The notes under the pieces: generated by a model | Seen by the model: the letters and a program-made list of their open reading frames with translations, nothing else | Told to the model about the DNA's origin: nothing | Databases searched by the model: none | Part shown: one piece after another, positions 17,631-24,000 of the stretch | Layout: each line of letters begins with the position of its first letter | How positions within the stretch are numbered: position 1 is the stretch's first letter | NCBI GenBank assembly: GCA_937139475.1 | Contig: CAKZQF010000203.1 | Coordinates: 38,432 to 62,431, forward strand | Reading direction: 5' to 3' | Source: an uncultured Gammaproteobacteria bacterium | Lineage (GTDB): Bacteria; Pseudomonadota; Gammaproteobacteria; Enterobacterales; Psychrobiaceae | Length of the DNA stretch: 24,000 nt | Program-made: the position numbers and the translations under genes

Positions 17631-18500
17631 TTAGTTATATAGTGAACCAGTGTTAACGACTGGTTGGGTGTTCTTGTCTGAACATAGTACCACTAATAAG
17701 TTGCTAACCATTGCTGCTTTTCGCTCTTCATCAAGCTCAACGAGTTGTTTTTCATTCAGCCTATTGAGTGCCAGTTCGACCATACCAACTGCACCTTCCA
17801 CAATACGCTCACGGGCAGAAATAATCGCTGCCGCTTGTTGGCGCTGTAGCATGGCACTGGCGATTTCAGGCGCATAAGCAAGATGACTGATGCGGGCTTC
17901 AATAACATTAACCCCTGCTTTGGATAAGCGTGATTGAATTTCACTTTGTAATGCTGTTGCCACTTGATTAGCGTGTGAACGCAGCGATATTTGCTCTTCG
18001 CCATCGTGTTGATCATAAGGGTAGCTGGTGGCTAAGTTTCTTAGTGCAGCTTCCGATTGAATGCTAACAAAACTCTCATAATCATCCACTTCAAATAGCG
18101 CCTCAGCACTGTCAGTCACTTCCCAAACCACAACACATGCAATTTCAATGGGGTTACCTAACTGGTCGTTTACCTTGAGCTTCTCACTCTCAAAATTACG
18201 AATACGCAGTGAAATTTTTCCTTTGATGTACAGAGGGTTTGACCAGCGCAATCCTGTGTTCTTATCACTGCCTTTATATTTACCAAATAAAGTCAGCACA
18301 CGAGCTTGCTTTGGGTGGACCATGTAAAAGCCAACACCGATAAAAATACTTAAAGGAACTAAAATAAACGCAAAAAGTTTTTGCTCGCCGTCAATGCTAA
18401 TTAATGTTGTCAGGAAGATTGCAATATTGATTATTAACAATAATACAATAGGGTAACCACTGATGCTCCAGCCTTTTCGTTCGACAGTATGAATAGTCAT
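17631..18500 (-). CDS. SPFH / band-7 domain membrane protein
   Basis: From ATG 18500 (GGAG, 6 nt, ATG) the product is 289 aa. It has two N-terminal TM helices, then an SPFH core (V.T.D...V.V...V.W.V.D) and an Ala/Gln-rich coiled tail (QRQQAAAI). The GTG at 18512 in the ORF track would overlap the RBS. Confidence 0.85.
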   Translation of the reverse strand: MTIHTVERKGWSISGYPIVLLLIINIAIFLTTLISIDGEQKLFAFILVPLSIFIGVGFYMVHPKQARVLTLFGKYKGSDKNTGLRWSNPLYIKGKISLRIRNFESEKLKVNDQLGNPIEIACVVVWEVTDSAEALFEVDDYESFVSIQSEAALRNLATSYPYDQHDGEEQISLRSHANQVATALQSEIQSRLSKAGVNVIEARISHLAYAPEIASAMLQRQQAAAIISARERIVEGAVGMVELALNRLNEKQLVELDEERKAAMVSNLLVVLCSDKNTQPVVNTGSLYN

Positions 18501-18517
18501 TTGTTTCTCCACTTAAA

Positions 18518-18546
18518 TAATGTGATATCATTTTGATATCACATTA
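18518..18546. promoter_or_regulatory. Perfect 13-3-13 inverted repeat (candidate operator / 5'-UTR hairpin)
   Basis: TAATGTGATATCA ttt TGATATCACATTA. One arm coincides with the predicted -10 hexamer of the SPFH-Arc promoter. Confidence 0.5.
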
Positions 18547-18569
18547 TGCTATTTGAGTCTTGTTTGCAA
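18541..18569 (-). promoter_or_regulatory. Predicted sigma-70 promoter of the SPFH-Arc operon
   Basis: On the minus strand: TTGCAA (18569-18564), a 17-nt spacer, then TAATGT (18546-18541), about 30 nt upstream of the RBS. Confidence 0.5.
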
Positions 18570-18572
18570 GTA

Positions 18573-18623
18573 AATTTTGTATACAAAATTGAGTCGCGAC
18601 TGTGGTTATGGTTAAATAACCAC
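18573..18623. promoter_or_regulatory. Three further contiguous perfect palindromes
   Basis: AATTTTGTATACAAAATT (18573-18590, 18 bp), AGTCGCGACT (18592-18601, 10 bp) and GTGGTTAT ggttaa ATAACCAC (18602-18623, 8-6-8). Confidence 0.4.
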
Positions 18624-18776
18624 GCATAATACCAAGTGCATCCAATAACTGGATTTCTCTTGACGCGATTAGTCAATTGAGCGCCTTGTTTTAGTTTATT
18701 TTCTCTTAGCACAACAAGAGCACATAAATAATTCACCTGGTATAAATCCCATTCAAACAACTAAAAGAAAATCGTA

Positions 18777-20999
18777 ATGAAAAAAATAATTTCTTGGTCC
18801 TTGCTGGTTTTAGCAACTGGAGCTGTGGCGGATGAAGGTCAATGGCAGCCTCATCAAATTAAAGATTTACAGCATGAGTTTTCTCGGGTCGGCATCGTAT
18901 TACCAGCAGAGCAAGTGTCTTCACTTGATCAATACCCAATGAATGCTGTTGTTGGGTTGGGTGGGTGTTCTGCATCCTTTGTGTCTAACCAAGGGCTGGT
19001 GGTAACAAACCATCACTGTGCTTATGGCGCGATTGCAAATAACTCCACGCCTGAGAATAACCTGATTGAACAGGGCTTTTTAGCTAAATCAATGAGCGAA
19101 GAATTACCTGGTGGTCCACAGCAGCGTATTTATATTACTGAAGAAGTAACTGATGTAACTAACCAAGTATTAGGTGATCTTGATGGTTTGAATGGTAAGG
19201 CTCGCTATGATGCGATTCAAAGTCAACGCAAGGCCATTATAAAGCAATGTGAGTCAGACCCTGCCTATCGTTGTTCTGTGAGTTCATTCCATCATGGCAT
19301 GGAGTATTTTCTGCTTAAGCAATTGATGATAAAAGATGTTCGCCTAGTTTATGCGCCGAGTGATTCCGTTGGTAATTTTGGTGGTGATATCGATAATTTT
19401 GAGTACCCTCGCCATGTAGCCGACTTCACTTTTATTCGTGCTTATGTGGGTAAAAACGGAAAACCAGCCAATTATAGTAAAGATAATGTACCCTTTAAGC
19501 CTAAATCTCATCTGAAAGTTAGCGCCAAAGGTGTCAAAAAAGGCGATGGGATTATTGTTGCCGGCTACCCAGGTCGTACTAGCCGTTATAAATTAGCCAG
19601 TGAAATTGACTTCGCGGGTAAGTGGCACTACCCAACACAAGTTGAGATGTACACGAAAACGCTGGAGACTATCGCTCAAGCGACCAGTGAAAATTCAGCC
19701 GATCAAGTGAAATACTCTTCAACCGTTAAAAGTATTAACAACCGCATGAAGAAGCGCAAAGGCTTAATGGACGGTTTTAAGGCGACGGACATTCATGGCA
19801 TTAAACTTGAGCAGGAAAAGCAATTACTTGCATGGTTTGAGAAAAATGATGAGCGAGAAGCTTATAGCCAAGCTCATGACAAATTGTCACAACTGCTAGC
19901 ACAAAGTCAAAGTAACGCACAACGTGATTTCTATTTTGGCTATGCCAAAAATGCAAGTTTACTCAGCGCAGCATCAAGATTATATCGTTTGGCAAAAGAA
20001 AGCGAAAAACCTGATGCTCAGCGTGAAATAGGGTATCAAGCGCGTGACATTAACCGCATCAAATCACGCTTAAATCGTCTTAAAACACGTTTTGTTCCTG
20101 CGGTGGATCAACAAGTTTGGCAGATGTACCTGTCACAGTATTTAGCTCAAGATAAAGCAATCCAAGTGGCTGCATTTAATCAAGCGCTTGGTGTTTCCAG
20201 CGCCATGAATAGTGAACAGCTCAAGGAGCATATTGCTACTTTTTACGCGAACACTAAATTAGCTGACGCGCAGACCCGCCTTGACTGGATTGGTAAATCG
20301 GTCAGTGACTTTGAGCAATCGGATGATGCATTTATTAAACTCGCTGTAGCGCTTTATCCATCCAATATTGAGTTTGAAAACGAACGTAAAGAAATGGCTG
20401 GGCAATTAGCTCAGGCTCGTCCGCTCTATATGAAAGGGGTGATTGCTTATAATCGCAGCCTGGGCAAGCCTGTGTATCCAGATGCCAATAGTACGTTACG
20501 GATTAGTTTTGGTAGTGTGGATGGTTACCCTGCGAAAGACGGAGTGTATAAAACCCCGTTTACTAGCCTTGAAGGTCTACTAGCCAAGGTAACCAGTGAA
20601 AAACCTTTTACTGCGCCACTAAAGCTTGTTCAGGCAATTAAAGCAAAAGACTATGGTCTTTACAAACAAGTTACCTTAGATAAGCCATCACACTCGAGCT
20701 GGCATTGTAAGCTCTTCACCTGTGCCAAGGCCCAACAGACAGAATTTAATTCTGTGCCGGTTAACTTTTTGTCAAGTGCCGACACGACTGGCGGTAATTC
20801 TGGCTCACCAGTAATGAATGCTTATGGTGATTTGGTTGGCTTGAACTTTGACTCTACCTATGAGTCAATTACCAAGGATTGGTACTTTAATCAACGAATC
20901 ACACGTGCGATTCATGTCGATATCCGCTATATGTTATGGTTGATGAAGCACGTTGATGGTGCCGATAACGTCATTGAAGAAATGGATATTGTCGAGTAA
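18777..20999 (+). CDS. Family S46 serine peptidase (dipeptidyl-peptidase 7/11-like)
   Basis: 740 aa. A signal peptide is followed by the mature N-terminus DEGQW. Catalytic His context VTNHHC and Ser context GGNSGSPV. Length and helical insert are typical of S46. Confidence 0.9.
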   Translation: MKKIISWSLLVLATGAVADEGQWQPHQIKDLQHEFSRVGIVLPAEQVSSLDQYPMNAVVGLGGCSASFVSNQGLVVTNHHCAYGAIANNSTPENNLIEQGFLAKSMSEELPGGPQQRIYITEEVTDVTNQVLGDLDGLNGKARYDAIQSQRKAIIKQCESDPAYRCSVSSFHHGMEYFLLKQLMIKDVRLVYAPSDSVGNFGGDIDNFEYPRHVADFTFIRAYVGKNGKPANYSKDNVPFKPKSHLKVSAKGVKKGDGIIVAGYPGRTSRYKLASEIDFAGKWHYPTQVEMYTKTLETIAQATSENSADQVKYSSTVKSINNRMKKRKGLMDGFKATDIHGIKLEQEKQLLAWFEKNDEREAYSQAHDKLSQLLAQSQSNAQRDFYFGYAKNASLLSAASRLYRLAKESEKPDAQREIGYQARDINRIKSRLNRLKTRFVPAVDQQVWQMYLSQYLAQDKAIQVAAFNQALGVSSAMNSEQLKEHIATFYANTKLADAQTRLDWIGKSVSDFEQSDDAFIKLAVALYPSNIEFENERKEMAGQLAQARPLYMKGVIAYNRSLGKPVYPDANSTLRISFGSVDGYPAKDGVYKTPFTSLEGLLAKVTSEKPFTAPLKLVQAIKAKDYGLYKQVTLDKPSHSSWHCKLFTCAKAQQTEFNSVPVNFLSSADTTGGNSGSPVMNAYGDLVGLNFDSTYESITKDWYFNQRITRAIHVDIRYMLWLMKHVDGADNVIEEMDIVE

Positions 21000-21012
21000 A
21001 AGAGCGAGCTAT

Positions 21013-21055
21013 AAACCTCCATTTTGAGCTAACTAGCTACAATTTGGAGGTTTTT
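21013..21055 (+). terminator. Rho-independent terminator after the S46 peptidase gene
   Basis: AAACCTCCA (21013-21021) pairs with TGGAGGTTT (21045-21053), followed by TTTTT. The loop is large (23 nt), which lowers confidence. Confidence 0.6.
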
Positions 21056-21121
21056 CTAACATTTCAGGCTAATTTACGCTACTCTGTCAGCAGGATGAAA
21101 TTTGGCATTGAAAGGATTGAA

Positions 21122-22141
21122 ATGAGCAAATCGCTGTTTGTTGAATCGACTAAACACTTGAAGAAAGCGGTTCCCTTGATGATGAAGTATCAAGTGCCTA
21201 CCACTCCAACTAATTATGCGCTCTGGTATTCCTATGTTACTGGGGAGGTCCCGGAGCTCACCGCTGAGCTCGATAATGTCTTGTCACATCATGATATATT
21301 GCCTCCTATTCAAGCCCAGTCCCTCTATCGAAATTTTGTTGCCGATAAACTTGAGTCATCAACATGGGAAATGCGTCATAATATTGAGGCGATGCTACTC
21401 GACTTAACACAGTCACTTAAAGATACCCATGTCGATACGAGCAATTTCCAGTCTTCATTGGATAAAACGTTTTCTGAGCTGGAAAATGTCAATAGTGAAG
21501 GCTCCTCAGTCGAGGAGGTAATGAATCTAATCCGTAAACTTGTCGGCGGCTCAAAAGCAATTCGTCATTCTACTCAGTTTTTTAGTTCAAGCTTAAACAA
21601 TGCGCAGCAAGAAATAGAATCATTAAAGTCTCAATTAGCACAAAGCCAACGTTTAGCATTGTATGATTCATTAACTGGCTTGCTCAATCGGCATTCCTTT
21701 GATGCGGAATTAACCGCATTGCTTGAGGCAGATAATCAAGGATTATGCTTAATTTTGGCAGATATTGACCACTTCAAAAGTTTTAATGATGAGTATGGCC
21801 ATTTATTAGGAGATCAGGTCCTCAAAGCGGTGGGAAGGAGGTTTTTAGATGCCTCTCGTGATGGCGCTTCTGCATACCGTTTTGGCGGTGAAGAGTTTGC
21901 TATTTTAATACCAAAGAGTGGCTTGCGTAAGGCCAGACAATATGCCGAAACACTGCGCAAGCTAATTGATAAGTTGTCATTACGGGATAAACGCACCATG
22001 AAGCCTATTGACTCGGTGAGTGCATCATTTGGCGTATCTGAGTTTGTAAACGGCGATAGCCTAACAAGCTTTATTGCTCGCGCTGATGAAAACCTCTATA
22101 AAGCCAAAGAGCTTGGGCGTAATATCGTTATCCCAAGGTAG
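21122..22141 (+). CDS. Diguanylate cyclase (GGDEF domain, GGEEF active site) with an unassigned N-terminal domain
   Basis: D.LTGL.NR, DIDHFK.FND.YGH..GD and RFGGEEF motifs. ATG 21122 has an AAGGA RBS. The ORF-track start at 21044 lies inside the upstream terminator. Confidence 0.85.
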   Translation: MSKSLFVESTKHLKKAVPLMMKYQVPTTPTNYALWYSYVTGEVPELTAELDNVLSHHDILPPIQAQSLYRNFVADKLESSTWEMRHNIEAMLLDLTQSLKDTHVDTSNFQSSLDKTFSELENVNSEGSSVEEVMNLIRKLVGGSKAIRHSTQFFSSSLNNAQQEIESLKSQLAQSQRLALYDSLTGLLNRHSFDAELTALLEADNQGLCLILADIDHFKSFNDEYGHLLGDQVLKAVGRRFLDASRDGASAYRFGGEEFAILIPKSGLRKARQYAETLRKLIDKLSLRDKRTMKPIDSVSASFGVSEFVNGDSLTSFIARADENLYKAKELGRNIVIPR

Positions 22142-22165
22142 TTAACTTTTCATCTTTCGCCAAAC

Positions 22166-22354
22166 TTATGCTTTGATATTTATATGATTTCCTAAATTAG
22201 CCGTTGGTGCAGAACTTGGTGCCGTTGGCGCTGTACTAGTTGCTGCTTCGAGCAGGGCTAGCGCCATTTTAGCTTCTTGCTCTTGTGCTGTTTTAGCTAA
22301 TGCCGCAGTTAATAATTGCTCTCCGCTATTATTGGTGGCACTGATATTTGACAT
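22166..22354 (-). CDS. YjfB-like small putative motility protein
   Basis: From ATG 22354 the product is 62 aa. The central AKTAQEQEAKMALALLEAA and C-terminal NLGNHINIKA resemble the YjfB family (B. subtilis YjfB ends in ..TLGHTIDISA). A sigma-28-type promoter lies upstream. The ORF-track start at 22462 runs through that promoter and repeat copy C. Confidence 0.55.
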   Translation of the reverse strand: MSNISATNNSGEQLLTAALAKTAQEQEAKMALALLEAATSTAPTAPSSAPTANLGNHINIKA

Positions 22355-22398
22355 AATCTTGCTCTCTTGAAGGGTTAAACGAATGCGCTTAACCATAA

Positions 22399-22425
22399 GT
22401 ATCGGCTGAACTGTTCCATTCTTTA
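22399..22425 (-). promoter_or_regulatory. Sigma-28 (FliA)-type promoter
   Basis: On the minus strand: TAAA (22425-22422), exactly 15 nt, then GCCGATAC (22406-22399). The consensus is TAAA-N15-GCCGATAA. It lies about 45 nt upstream of ATG 22354. Confidence 0.6.
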
Positions 22426-22431
22426 ATCTAA

Positions 22432-22494
22432 GTAATACCAATCCGATTAAGTAGCTTCCCACTCAGTGGGAACAAACTTAGTCAGATTGGTATA
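22432..22494. repeat. Nested-hairpin repeat element, copy C
   Basis: Outer arms ATACCAATCCGA (22435-22446) and TCAGATTGGTAT (22482-22493) match 11/12. Mid stem TAAGT/ACTTA. Inner hairpin TTCCCAC tca GTGGGAA (22456-22472). Confidence 0.75.
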
Positions 22495-22680
22495 ATACAG
22501 ATACACAAAGAAACCGTAGGCTAACTTTGACAAACTATTGTTCTCTTCAAACCTTAAGTTTCAACTCTCTCAATACCTAAGGCGTTTGGTGTGCCAAAAG
22601 TATCCTTTATTACACAACCTCTTTACCTGAATCCTAGCTAGTGTCGTGCGGAGATATGCTGCTATAGGGCCTGTTTACTT

Positions 22681-22869
22681 TTGGTGATAAACTTTTCAAA
22701 CCACAAGTTGTTTGTATATGAACAAGTCACCAATGGAGCTATCAACGGATTGAGTGCTCTATCAGGCCTGCAGATTGGCGCAATAAACAACAAACTTAAT
22801 GGTAGTATAAGCATTCAGTGTGACATTGGGCAGGGGAACTTCACATTAGTTATCCCGCTAACGCGATAA
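22681..22869 (+). pseudogene. Probable remnant of a sensor histidine kinase C-terminus (HATPase_c G2-box to end)
   Basis: The translation ends in ..NGLSALSGLQIGAINNKLNGSISIQCDIGQGNFTLVIPLTR*. This resembles the HK C-terminal pattern GxGLGLxIxxxLxxxMGGxIxxxSxxGxGxxFxxxxPL. All three frames are closed by stops just upstream (22621-22640), and there is no ATG or RBS. Confidence 0.3.
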
Positions 22870-23006
22870 CCATAAGTGACCATTGATTTTTACTACTGTT
22901 GTCAATGCAAGTTGGCTGCTTTGCGCGCTAAATCTAACTGAAACATATAGTTTCTTCGTAACTTCAAACGCTTGACTAACTATTGAAAAATACTGTTGAT
23001 TCTCGC

Positions 23007-23035
23007 TTGACCTTCCTTGACCTTGTCCCTAGAAT
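23007..23035 (+). promoter_or_regulatory. Predicted sigma-70 promoter of mraZ/dcw cluster (Pmra)
   Basis: TTGACC (23007-23012), a 17-nt spacer, then TAGAAT (23030-23035). A second TTGACC lies 10 bp downstream (23017-23022). Confidence 0.6.
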
Positions 23036-23043
23036 TGATTGTT

Positions 23044-23068
23044 GTGGCGTAAAGTGTCACAAAGTGGA
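23044..23068 (+). promoter_or_regulatory. Candidate MraZ operator: three 5-nt boxes in 10-bp phase
   Basis: GTGGC (23044-23048), GTGTC (23054-23058) and GTGGA (23064-23068), each separated by 5 nt, lie just downstream of the predicted -10. This arrangement parallels the three direct repeats with 5-nt spacers that E. coli MraZ binds. Confidence 0.55.
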
Positions 23069-23097
23069 TCTTTAGGGATTAAATAAGGAATTTATAC

Positions 23098-23556
23098 ATG
23101 TTGCGCGGTACTGCTGCCATAAACCTTGATGCGAAAGGACGCTTAACGATGCCTACTGGCTATCGTGATTTGTTAATCGCACAAAGTGACGGTAAGTTAG
23201 TAGCTACTATCGATATTAATCGTGCATGTCTGATGCTTTATCCACTCTCTCAATGGCAAATTATCGAACAAAAACTCATGCTTCTTTCAGATTTTGAACC
23301 TGGTGAAGCTGCGATTAAGCGTCTTATACTTGGCAATGCTAACAATTGCGATATGGATAAGAATGGTCGGGTACTGCTTCCTGCGCCACTTCGCTTACAC
23401 GCAGGGTTAGAAAAAAAATTAATGTTAATTGGTCAAGTAAACAAATTTGAATTATGGGATGAGGCGCTTTGGCAGTCGCAGATGCAACAAGATCTGGACA
23501 TTGCCCGGGCCCTCGATTTTTCTTCCTCCAATCGCTTAAAGGAATTGGCACTGTAA
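23098..23556 (+). CDS. mraZ: Transcriptional regulator MraZ
   Basis: 152 aa, colinear with E. coli MraZ (M.RG....NLD.KGRL..PT.YR..L, LYPL..W..IEQKL, NKFELWDE..W). AAGGAA RBS. Confidence 0.95.
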   Translation: MLRGTAAINLDAKGRLTMPTGYRDLLIAQSDGKLVATIDINRACLMLYPLSQWQIIEQKLMLLSDFEPGEAAIKRLILGNANNCDMDKNGRVLLPAPLRLHAGLEKKLMLIGQVNKFELWDEALWQSQMQQDLDIARALDFSSSNRLKELAL

Positions 23557-23559
23557 ATT

Positions 23560-24000
23560 ATGGCTCAACAATTTTCGCATATTACTGTGCTTTTAGATGA
23601 AGCACTAGAAGGGCTTTCGCTAAAATCTGACGGTATTTATATTGATGCTACCTTTGGGCGCGGCGGTCATACTCGCAAACTGCTTTCTCAGCTAGGGCCG
23701 CAAGGCAAACTCTATGCTATCGATCGAGACCCAACCGCTATTGCTGTGGCAAAAGAGTTAGAAAAAGAAGATAGTCGTTTCACTATTCTTCCAGGACCTT
23801 TCTCTGGGCTAGCCGCCTATGTCGAAGAACTCGGCCTAACAGGGCAGATTGACGGCGTGTTGATGGATTTAGGTGTATCGTCACCGCAACTAGACGATGC
23901 CGAGCGTGGTTTTAGCTTTATGCGCGAAGGGCCACTTGATATGCGTATGGACCCAACCTCAGGCCGTAGTGTTGCGCAGTGGCTAGCACAGGCGGAAGTT
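23560..24000 (+). CDS. rsmH: 16S rRNA (cytosine1402-N4)-methyltransferase RsmH (3' end outside the window)
   Basis: An open frame runs from ATG 23560 to the window end. H..VLL.E....L....G.Y.D.TFG.GGH, DRDP.A and DLGVSS.QLD...RGFSF are RsmH/MraW signatures. It is not in the ORF track because there is no stop within the window. Confidence 0.95.
   Translation, partial: MAQQFSHITVLLDEALEGLSLKSDGIYIDATFGRGGHTRKLLSQLGPQGKLYAIDRDPTAIAVAKELEKEDSRFTILPGPFSGLAAYVEELGLTGQIDGVLMDLGVSSPQLDDAERGFSFMREGPLDMRMDPTSGRSVAQWLAQAEV

Noticed and set aside
18521-18543. A CRP-like site (TGTGA ... TCACA) inside the 13-3-13 palindrome.
   Set aside because: The half-sites are 13 nt apart rather than the 6 nt required for CRP.
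18539-18760. A 73-aa minus-strand ORF in the SPFH/S46-peptidase intergenic region.
   Set aside because: It has no RBS and no recognisable family, and its odd composition includes several Cys/Trp/Asn runs. It would run straight through the predicted SPFH promoter and all four palindromes, so the region is better explained as regulatory DNA.
22355-22462. The N-terminal 36 codons of ORF 22166-22462.
   Set aside because: This extension would start inside repeat copy C and read through the sigma-28-type promoter. The internal ATG at 22354 gives a 62-aa protein matching the size of YjfB-family proteins.
22890-23000. A LexA/SOS-box-like TACTGTTG motif occurring twice upstream of mraZ.
   Set aside because: Neither copy has the CTG-N10-CAG partner half-site.
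22463-23097. Possible RNase P RNA (rnpB), which lies upstream of mraZ in some gammaproteobacteria such as Pseudomonas.
   Set aside because: Neither the universally conserved GGAAAGTCCGGGCT-type core nor its reverse complement is present on either strand, and the region is too AT-rich.
1-24000. CRISPR arrays, tRNA/rRNA genes, IS elements, integrases and prophage genes.
   Set aside because: I found no regularly spaced direct repeats, no tRNA-like cloverleaf candidates in the intergenic regions, and no transposase, integrase or phage-like ORFs. The only repeated sequence is the ~63-nt hairpin element reported above.

Overview
This window looks like ordinary core chromosome from a moderately AT-rich gammaproteobacterium. 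The gene content suggests a marine Alteromonadales-like organism, but that is inference only.

Gene order, left to right:
- A same-strand, tightly packed Entner-Doudoroff/glucose cluster: gap (5' partial), an ATL/YbaZ-like gene, zwf, pgl, edd, glk, eda, then a terminator.
- metC on the minus strand, with tandem MetJ boxes upstream.
- miaE, an HDOD-domain protein and an orphan secreted protein.
- A RaiA/HPF-family gene on the minus strand.
- A pqi envelope-transport operon with PqiA split into two genes (pqiA', pqiA'', pqiB, pqiC), followed without a terminator by a membrane-anchored glutaredoxin-like gene and a CvfB-type S1 RNA-binding gene.
- A TraB/GumN-family protein.
- A minus-strand SPFH(band 7)-Arc/RHH two-gene operon.
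- An S46 (DPP7-like) peptidase and a GGDEF diguanylate cyclase.
- A small YjfB-like protein on the minus strand with a sigma-28-type promoter.
- The start of the dcw cluster: mraZ and rsmH (3' partial).

I found no tRNA, rRNA, CRISPR array, transposase or integrase, and no convincing novel multi-gene system (defence or otherwise).

The signals most worth a second look are non-coding:
1. A roughly 63-nt nested-hairpin repeat element present three times (about 11.34, 17.34 and 22.43 kb), with a compensatory base-pair change in its inner stem.
2. Four back-to-back perfect palindromes in the SPFH/S46-peptidase divergent intergenic region. One overlaps the predicted -10 of the SPFH-Arc promoter.
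3. An approximately 600-bp non-coding stretch upstream of mraZ that holds a decayed histidine-kinase C-terminal remnant.
4. A well-formed mraZ promoter with three 10-bp-phased GTGNN boxes.

Several long ORF-track entries appear to be N-terminally over-extended, and I give corrected starts for them.
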